This document shows positions 56,001-64,000 of a stretch of 64,000 bases of DNA, in pieces (the first letter of the stretch is position 1; the number at the start of each line of letters is the position of its first letter). Both the position numbers and the translations under genes were made by a program. The notes under the pieces were generated by a model that worked only from the letters and a program-made list of their open reading frames with translations, had not been told where the DNA came from and ran no database searches. Source of the stretch: the human T2T-CHM13v2.0 reference genome, Homo sapiens; NCBI RefSeq assembly GCF_009914755.1, contig NC_060926.1, one strand, 5' to 3'.

Positions 56001-56719
56001 ACAGAAAATTATTTGTGGGTGAAACAAACATTTATCAGAAAATCACAAATAAATACATTCTGTACCTACCACTGATAGACACAACTAAGCTAATGCTTCT
56101 AAAGGCATTACTAAAGGTCCACGAGGTTCTGAGGATGTTTAATGGGGAGAGTGGAGCTGAGATCTGAAGGAAGAGAGGGTAAGAAAGGTCAGGAGGTGGG
56201 AAGAGGCGGGAGGTTATTGCAACATCTGTGCCAAAGAATGCGGCCCTTGGCTTAAGGTGGCACCACAGAGGTGGGGTGAGGTGGGTGAATATGGGAGGGC
56301 CTGGTATAGCATGCCACATATAGTAGCGCTTAATAACCACTTGAATGGGCTAATCAATGGGTAAATGAAATGACATGAGGTTCTAGGAAAGTCACTTCTG
56401 AGCACTTAGTTACCTGTTACAGCATTGCTCAAAGAATCCTCTTACACAGAGACCATACACACCTGGGTGTGTGTGTGTGTACGTGCACTATTGTTTTGTA
56501 AAGCAAATATTTGGCCTCAGAATTGATTTATCATAGCAGGAGAGCCACTTTACCCATCCCTGTGGCTCTAAAGCGGGGACCCAGCACTCCTTCCTCACAC
56601 TGTTTCTTGGTTTACCAACAGCTCACATGTGCCTTTTGTGAGTTAAGTTACTTTCATCTAGCTAATCATTCAGCAATATTTATTTTTCTTCTTTTCCAGT
56701 ATCTCTATTTCTGCTTTTC

Positions 56720-57030
56720 CACAGAACAGGACCACAGGTTGTCACTGTAATGTAACTGGATTTTTTTCAATTAACAAAATATCAAAGGCATATTTTCATA
56801 TATTAAATGTTCTCCAGTGCTATTTTAATGGCTATACAGAGTATCCCATTGTATAGACCAAACAAACTGTAATTCTTGGGCATTGAAGTGGCTTTTTTTT
56901 TTTTTTAGCATTTTGTTATTATAAACTATGCTGTGATGAGCAGCCTGTTAGCTAAATTTTTGTCACATCTCTAATTATTTTCTTAAAATAATTTCATAAA
57001 AGTGGAATTATGGGATCAAAGGGTGGGATA
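56720..57030 (-). mobile_element. L1ME fragment
   Basis: TTTTAATGGCTATACAGAGTATCCCATTGTAT...AAAAGTGGAATTATGGGATCAAAGGG. Confidence 0.6.
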
Positions 57031-57634
57031 AATCTTGAATGGCAGCCTTCAAGCACAATAACAGGTGATGGGGGAGACGTTTGGAAAACGTCAGGATTTA
57101 CTGGTGTCCCCCTGTAAATGCCACCTAGCCCAGGGATAATTCTAGGCAGAAACAATAGAGTGGGGGTGGGGGAGGTAAAGATTTTTTTTTCTCCCATTTC
57201 TTCCAATCTCCTTTTTTCTGCTCTTTTTTCTCTCTTCAAAAACTCACTTTATCCTTTTTTCCAAAGAACTCAGTGTTTTTCTAAGTTATAAATTTATAAA
57301 ACCTATTATAGGAAAGGATTCAATAAATCCACTTATGATTAGATGTAAATGATAACTATGGCATTATTTACAATAACTTCAGGGACTAATCTTCTGTTTT
57401 GGTAAGTCAAAAGGATGAATATCCAGGTATGGGATTGAAACATCCATTGCGGACGTTGACAAAAAGAACCTTCTGAATGCCCCAACATCACACCTCACAG
57501 ACAGACATTCAGCGTGGACAGAGGCAGCTCTGCACATCTCCTAGCTAGGAGGCCACCCTTCATATAGGACATGGATCTGTTTGGTATCTGTCCTTAATGA
57601 CTATCTACTATGATGTTGTTGTATTCATACCACT

Positions 57635-58011
57635 TGTATTAGTCTGTTCTTATGCTACTATGAAGAACTGCCTGAGACTGAGTAATTTATAAACAAAAGA
57701 GGTTTAATTGATCCACAGTTCCACATGACTGAGGGGGCCTCAGGAAACTTACAATAATGGTGGAAGGCGAAGTTGAAGCAGGCACCTTCTTCCCAGGGCG
57801 GGAAAACGGAGTGAGTGCAAGCAGGGGAAATGCCAGATGCTTGTAAAACCATCAGATCTCGTGAGACTGACCATTATCACGAGAACAGCATGGGGGAAAC
57901 TGCCTCCATGATTCAATTACCTCCACCTGATCCTGCCCTTGACACTTGGGGATTATGAGGATTATAATTCAAGGTGAGATTTGGGTGGGGACACAGAGCC
58001 AAACCACATCA
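57635..58011 (-). mobile_element. THE1D solo LTR
   Basis: TGTATTAGTC...AAACCACATCA; 377 bp. TSD CCACT (57630) / CCACC (58012). Confidence 0.95.
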
Positions 58012-58199
58012 CCACCCATATAGTAAAGGGTTCTCATTTAATTCTGGTTCTTAGGAATAGCTTTGGCGCTTAGCAATTATATACTCCTGCCGATGATGAC
58101 TCCTAAAATTGAGCTTTCAAGCCAGCACAGAAAGCTGTTATTATCTAGGGATAACCATTAATAGAAAAAGGCCACTTGAAGTAAATCTATATAAAATGG

Positions 58200-58620
58200 G
58201 GAATCAAATTTCATAGTAGATATGGAAAACTAGCTTAAAAATGAAACAAAAATTATAAAAAATGGATTTTCTCCTAAGTTTGGCCACATTTAGATCATAA
58301 TTGTAACTGTGTGCCATGTCTAAAAACAAAGGATCGATGAAGGGTTGAATGTTTTTGGTATAATTTTTCTGATGACATGGTGACAACATTACTCAGCATT
58401 CTTGATGGCATGTTTGACCTTTTCAGTATAAATGTGAAGTCGGCAAGTTTACAAAAAATATTCTAGGGTTTCATTCATTTTCCCAAAGGCCTCTTTTTAT
58501 TCTTTGATACTTAAATCATCGTCTTTTGAAGTGGCTATTATATCGTCAGTTCTTAGCTGGTCTAACTTGACCAAATCCTCATGTGTCAATGGTTCTGCCT
58601 CATGATTTGAACAGTGCTGG
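58200..58620 (-). mobile_element. Tigger (pogo-like TcMar) DNA transposon remnant, transposase C-terminus
   Basis: The minus strand translates HEAEPLTHEDLVKLDQL...DDDLSIKE*KEAFGKMNETLEYF, resembling the Tigger C-terminal pattern (H-x-EPLTxEDL...L-x-EA-x-x-K-x-x-E-x-LEYF). Confidence 0.7.
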
Positions 58621-60184
58621 GCTAGTGTGGAGAGGGCATTTATTTTCTGAGAAGCCAGTTCATTAGTGAATTTTTTCATGTTTCCATGACTTTTCCTTGT
58701 CTGCCTATCCAATGTTATAACCTTAGAGATTCAAATAATTAATAGCTGGTTAATGAGCAACCCTTGTTCTCAATTTCTTGGTTGATATTAAGCATCAGGA
58801 TATTTGTGTTAAAGAGCAAAGGGTCATTCATCCCATTCTACAGATACGTAAACTGAGGTTTTGTGGCATCAAGTTACACCTTTAAAGTGAAAAAAGTAAA
58901 ATTTGGAACAATGTGGGTTCTATCTCAATTATGTACCCACCAGCAAACCTGGTTCCATTCCTCTATTTTGTGAGCAGTTCCTCATTTTGGAGTGATGTGG
59001 CCGGCAAGTGAAAATTTGACCAGTATGAAAAATAGTATCTTTGTCCTGGCCTATATCATAATAAACTGAATGACGGAAAAACAAATGTCACTTATTAGAA
59101 CACTGAGGTTTACTGTTCAAGTGATTAACTAAGAATCATTTGTATGATTAAATGCTGGAAAATAATTTGCTTTCCCTATGAACCTATAGTTTAGATCTCA
59201 TTACACAGAAGTGCTGCATATTAGTTGAAGCAAATTAACATTCAAACACTTTCTGGAGTGGCTGCTAATCACAGGCTGTTAATTACTGTCATTACATTAG
59301 GCTGCTGCAGAGACTACCCAAAGAATCATTCTCATGATCTTGGTATTTGAAAGTGATCTTCACCAATAAAAACACATGTCAGACATACAGAAATTGCAAA
59401 TTGCTGAAATTGCTGACGGGGTTGAAAATTCTGCTGACTATAAGTACCCATCCAGTGATGGATGCATTCTTGACACAGTTTCAGTGTTTGGACTTAGGAA
59501 ATAATGAGTATCAGTGTCCTGGCAAGGGAATATGCAAAGATGAAAGAGCCCTTTTGTATCCTTAATTAAGGAAAGTAGTAGCAGAACTCGTTCACAGATA
59601 AGTGACTGTACATAATAATCATGTATTTATGTAAGGGACTGCTATGCTATATTACTGTAGTGGCAATTAGATTTTCACAAAGTCATTTTAATAAAAGGCA
59701 TACTTACATAATAAATAAACGAAACCGCTCATTTTCATGGCAGGCTCTCTAATTATACACTGGCTTAAAATAAAATGTTCTGCAATGCTAAGTTAAACAT
59801 ATAGACTCTAGCTGCCTTCTACAATGTGCCCCAAATCTTTTTTCGCCTCACAGCCTCAGTTGCCCCAGGAACTCTGACAAACAGTGAAAGAGTATTTGTG
59901 CATTTTGCTTGTTCTGTATAAGGAAGGAATCATTTGAGAATTTAGAGGTCAAGGCTTCTGGTGCCTACTGACCTAACTTCCTTTATTGCCCAGAAAGTCT
60001 GCTGCCCATCCTGTAGCTTCCAGTAATTGGGATCAGCTCAGTGCCAGAATGGTGAGAACTCAGGTGGCCAGCACATGTGTCAGCTTTTTGGGCAAACTGA
60101 TTCATTAGCAGTGCTACTACGCTAAGGAGGCCCAAGCCATGAGTCTTTGAAGATCCGTTTGTAGGTCTAATTCTAGCTTCTCAG

Positions 60185-60320
60185 TAATTCATTAATTCAT
60201 TCAACAAATATGTGTTAAACACCTTCCTTGTGGAGGACATTATACTGTGTGCTGTGGAAATGCAAAGATGAATTAGATATGAATTTTGCCTTCAAAAAAC
60301 TTACAGTTTAGTATGGGGCA
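60185..60320 (-). mobile_element. L2 3' end fragment
   Basis: ATTCATTCAACAAATATGTGTTAAACACC...TGCCTTCAAAAAACTTACAGTTTAGT. Confidence 0.75.
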
Positions 60321-60554
60321 ATCATCTTATCAATGTAAGCCTCTGGTCCCAGAAGAACTGAGTGAGAGATTTTAAATAGATCTGGGTGAAGCTCTCCCTG
60401 ATCCTGTAACTGTGGAACACCTAAGGGGACTTGCCCTACTATCTCTCAGTGAGGGAACATCAGTACTAAAGGAATCCCTGTCCCTAAGTATACAGATAGG
60501 ACACTGTCTCCTAAGGACAAATTAAAGACACATCCATAGCTCTTCTTTCTCCTC

Positions 60555-60646
60555 TCCCTCCCTCCCTCCCTCCCTCCCTCCCTCCCTCCCTTGCTTCCTT
60601 CCTTCCTTCCTTCCTTCCTTCCTTCCTTCCTTCCTTCCTTCCTTCC
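60555..60646 (+). repeat. Compound (TCCC)9-(TTCC)13 microsatellite
   Basis: Directly visible. Confidence 0.97.
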
Positions 60647-61555
60647 ATACTTACTCAGTGTTTACTGTGTGCCAGTTTCTGGGTATTTAAAAAGGAACAT
60701 GTCATGTATAATCCTGCACGGAATTTGTAATCTAGTGGGGGATATATTAAGGAGACAGGCACCTTCAGGATATGTGTCTTCTGGTTGGGATGTATCTAGC
60801 ATGCAATGAGAGCACATGAGAAGGACTCATGGACTTGAAGGGGCAGGTTAACTGGGATTTAAAAGAAGTATAACAGTGAGCAATAGAATTTTAGGCAAGT
60901 TCCATCATGGTATGTTGGAGGAACCAAAGGTCAGTCTGAGTAGTCTGTAGAAGGCAAGGGGGTAGGATTAATGAAGACTGATACTGGAGAAGTAGGGCTT
61001 ACCAATAAAAGGGAAAATTGATTTATCTCGATTATTTCCTAAGGAAAGCTACTGATGTTTTAAAACAGAAAATGGCATGATCACTTTTGTGTTTTAAATA
61101 GATCACTCTGAATTTGACTAGAGAATGAATTGGAAAGGGGCAAAACTGGGGGCAGAGAAAGCAGTTAGGATGCTATTGAAGTGGTCTAGATTGCTTGGGT
61201 GAGGTGGTAGCAGTGGGTTTGGATACCGTTGAGTAGGAAGTAGAGATAACTGGACATGGAGCTCGATTAGATATATATGTGTTTGCGTGTGTGTATGTGC
61301 ATGTGTGTATGAGTGCATGTGTGTGTGGGTGGTTGTTCTGAGGGAGAAGAAGAAGTCAAGGATGACTCTCAAGTTACTGGACTGGTGGTTTTCCCATTCC
61401 TAAAGTGAGGGACACAGCAGGTTTTGGGGGCTTTGGTGCTGAGTTTGGTTTTGAATGCTGTCTGTGAAGTCTACTTTAAGGACTTTTAAGTGGAAATGTC
61501 CAGTAAATCACTGGATTTGGAAGTCTGAGGCTCAGAAGAAAGAGCCAGTGTGAGG
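60647..61555 (-). mobile_element. L2 3' region with an embedded degenerate (TG)n at ~61277-61327
   Basis: TTACTCAGTGTTTACTGTGTGCCAG terminus; AGTCAAGGATGACTCTCAAGTT...GTGGAAATGTCCAGTA...GTCTGAGGCTCAGAAGA. Confidence 0.8.
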
Positions 61556-63011
61556 AATAGTCTCTGCCATTGTCTTTTTTCTTCTCTTTTTCCTTTTAGT
61601 TGCTTGGTTTCACTATATTTCATCAACAGAGGCAGAGATTAAAGTCAGTGTTTTACTCAAAAGGCGTTTTTCTCCCAGCATGCATGCATACCTTTTAATT
61701 ATCTTGCTTTATGTATTATTAAATATAGGAAATTGTGCTCAGATATCATGGGCTTAATTTAAACTGACAGAAGCTAAAGACATTACAAATTAAAGTTGCT
61801 ATGTTTCTCTTTAATGCCTTTAAAGTTTCCATTTACTAAAAGGAAATATAAAACAGGAAGTGGTTGTGTTCTTTTCTGGAAAAAGTATTTCTAGAATTTA
61901 TTTAACCTTGAGGCAAGTTCTTGATATGGTGTCAGAAGGGAATGTATAATATACTTTCATTTGACAGTAGAATCTCAGCCCATTTTGTAGGATTGAGGTG
62001 GCATTCCACTCTTTCCTTCCTCACTAACCACTGGTAATACATGTGGTAGCCACTGGACATTGCTAAGCCACCAGCCCGCTGAAGAACAAGTTTCCATGAA
62101 CTCAGAGCCACAGGGAATTCTCTACTCAGGACTCTTGGACCACTCTATTGTGTGAACGGCTCCCTCAACCCCAAGCATTTTTCTAAATGGAGGTGAAGTC
62201 TGTTTGAAATGAATATTAAAATCAGCAGTATTCAACTAAATTCAGATGATGGCTGACCAAGGTCTAGGGGTTATTTGTGGGAGATAGAGCTCAGTGGTAG
62301 GGTCTGTGGAGGTTCAGGGTTCAATAACACATTGAAGGGTACCACCTCCAGGAGTGAGAGGACAAGCATTCCCTTCTCAGATTTTCAGGTATTGGGAAAA
62401 GAACTTACAGACAAGAGACTTAAAAATTTGAGAACACTCTGGAGTCCATCGGGCAGGCCTGGAGTTGTGGCTGGGGGTGACAAAAACAGGAGATTGTAAT
62501 GGGAGCAGGGTGTGTGTAGAAAAGTGGGAAGATAAACATTATCTGTAGGTGGCAGGTAGCAACTGTGTTGTTGGTGGATACGGTAGACGCATATTTACAC
62601 AAGTTATAACTCAGAATGAATGGCAGATTTGAGGGCCTATTTTAATATTAGGAACCTCCTTGCCTTCCTTTTGCCGTGCCTTTCTCATCATTACACAGTT
62701 CCAAAAAAGCTAGTATTTCCCAGAATCCAAGACCCAGATCTGTCGCTACCATGTGCGTTATCCTAATTAGCTTCAGAACTCGCCAACAGTGCTGCCCAGT
62801 CAAAGATAACCAAAGCAAGCAAGGCCTCATCTCAAGCATAGCAAGTTTATTTGTTAATAACAAGTGCCATGTGCCTATTTGAATGACAGGCTTCAATAGG
62901 ATGTAAATATTAATATGTCTCTAGTTTATTCTAAACATTGTTGAATAATGAGGCATTTGTACTTCAGCACAATTGAAACAATGTATTAAATCAGAATTAC
63001 TCTTGTTGTAC

Positions 63012-63160
63012 TGAAATGTTACCAACACATAGAAATGATAAATACTTAAGGTGATGGGTATCCCAAAAAACCTGACTTGATCATTAAACATTCTATGGAT
63101 GTAACAAATATTCACATGTACCCCATAAATATATGAAATCTCTTGTCTCAATTAAAAAAA
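63012..63160 (+). mobile_element. Short L1MA 3' end
   Basis: CAACACATAGAAATGATAAAT...CCTGACTTGATCATT...CACATGTACCCCATAAATAT plus A tail. Degenerate TSD AGAATTACTCTTGTTGTAC / AGAATTACTTTTCGTTGCAC. Confidence 0.88.
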
Positions 63161-63631
63161 GAATTACTTTTCGTTGCACAAAATTAGAGTAATTAGTATT
63201 TCCTTTTATATGAGTATCAATGTAGGTAAATTTACATAACTTCCCCCAAATTAGGATGCTCCAATATCCTACATGCTGGACTTTAGCTAGAATGGCATTA
63301 ATTTTCATGTCTTCTCATTTCAATTTGCTGAACACTAGTCCTTTCTTTGCAAGTCTTACCTGGTTTCTCATGAGATGCTAATGTTCTGGCATCTCGTCTC
63401 CCAATTCACCTTGTCACACATGCTTGCCCAACTTGCCCTCCAGGGCACCGCTGTACTCTGGCCTGCTTGCAGACCATTGCCCCCACTCTGGTTAAGAGTT
63501 TTCTTCAGAGTTCCCAGTTCTTAGCCTGTCCTTGGGCTGTGTTCCTGCCACCTCAGCAAGGCAACACCTCTCTCTTCTTTCACTCAGGCCTAAGCATAGA
63601 CAGGAACCTCCTTCCTTGACCCCCTTCCCCT

Positions 63632-63633
<2 letters not shown>

Positions 63634-63688
<55 letters not shown>
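63634..63688 (+). repeat. (AC)27 perfect microsatellite
   Basis: Directly visible. Confidence 0.98.
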
Positions 63689-63692
<4 letters not shown>

Positions 63693-64000
63693 TGGGCTGA
63701 ATCATGAAACAAGACTTTTCTGAAGGCTCTGGAATAATGGAAGGAAATCACAACCCTTTATAACTTGTTCCTAGATATGTCCGCTCCAAAGCCCACAGAC
63801 TCTTGCTTAATCTCATAGAATTCCTGTAAAAGCTGCTTCTAAGCTCAACTACAGGGCTTCTTCCCTTCGCAGTTAGAGAGGCACTTCTCTGGCCAACAAA
63901 GGCACAATTTCCAAGCCCAGCCCATTTCTGGATGGTTCCTGAGGCAAAAGCCATATTATTGCCAACATTTAAGAGTGCTTTTGGTGTTTAGGCTCCTGTA

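Noticed and set aside
56685-56745. Acceptor-like TTTTCTTCTTTTCCAG (also ~1850-1864 and ~61575-61599)
   Set aside because: No good paired donor or open frame. Such pyrimidine tracts are frequent in AT-rich and L1-derived DNA.

Overview
Primate (most likely human) nuclear DNA: AT-rich, CpG-depleted and intronic or intergenic. I find no supportable protein-coding gene, rRNA, intact tRNA or CRISPR array. The ORFs in the track are chance ORFs or come from repeats. The window is a layered transposon record. It holds eight Alus, several L1M fragments, L2/MIR/CR1 relics, MaLR LTRs (MST, MLT1, THE1D) and an LTR16/ERVL gag-pro relic. The best-preserved elements are a complete THE1D provirus (LTR-int-LTR with TSD, Alu in the 3' LTR), a solo MER11 LTR with a perfect 6-bp TSD, and a Tigger transposase remnant. 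Repeat-poor blocks (about 17.7-24.4 kb, 27.1-30.9 kb and 59-60 kb) are rich in homeodomain, PBX-HOX, SOX and CRE motifs and look like cis-regulatory sequence. The most interesting points are: convergent THE1D LTRs that all keep intact DUX4 sites, with MER11 between them; an orphan 65-nt exon-like segment; a tRNA-Cys-like 5' fragment followed by poly(A); and candidate enhancers. I do not see convincing evidence for a new biological system. Subfamily names come from recalled consensus features, not from a search.
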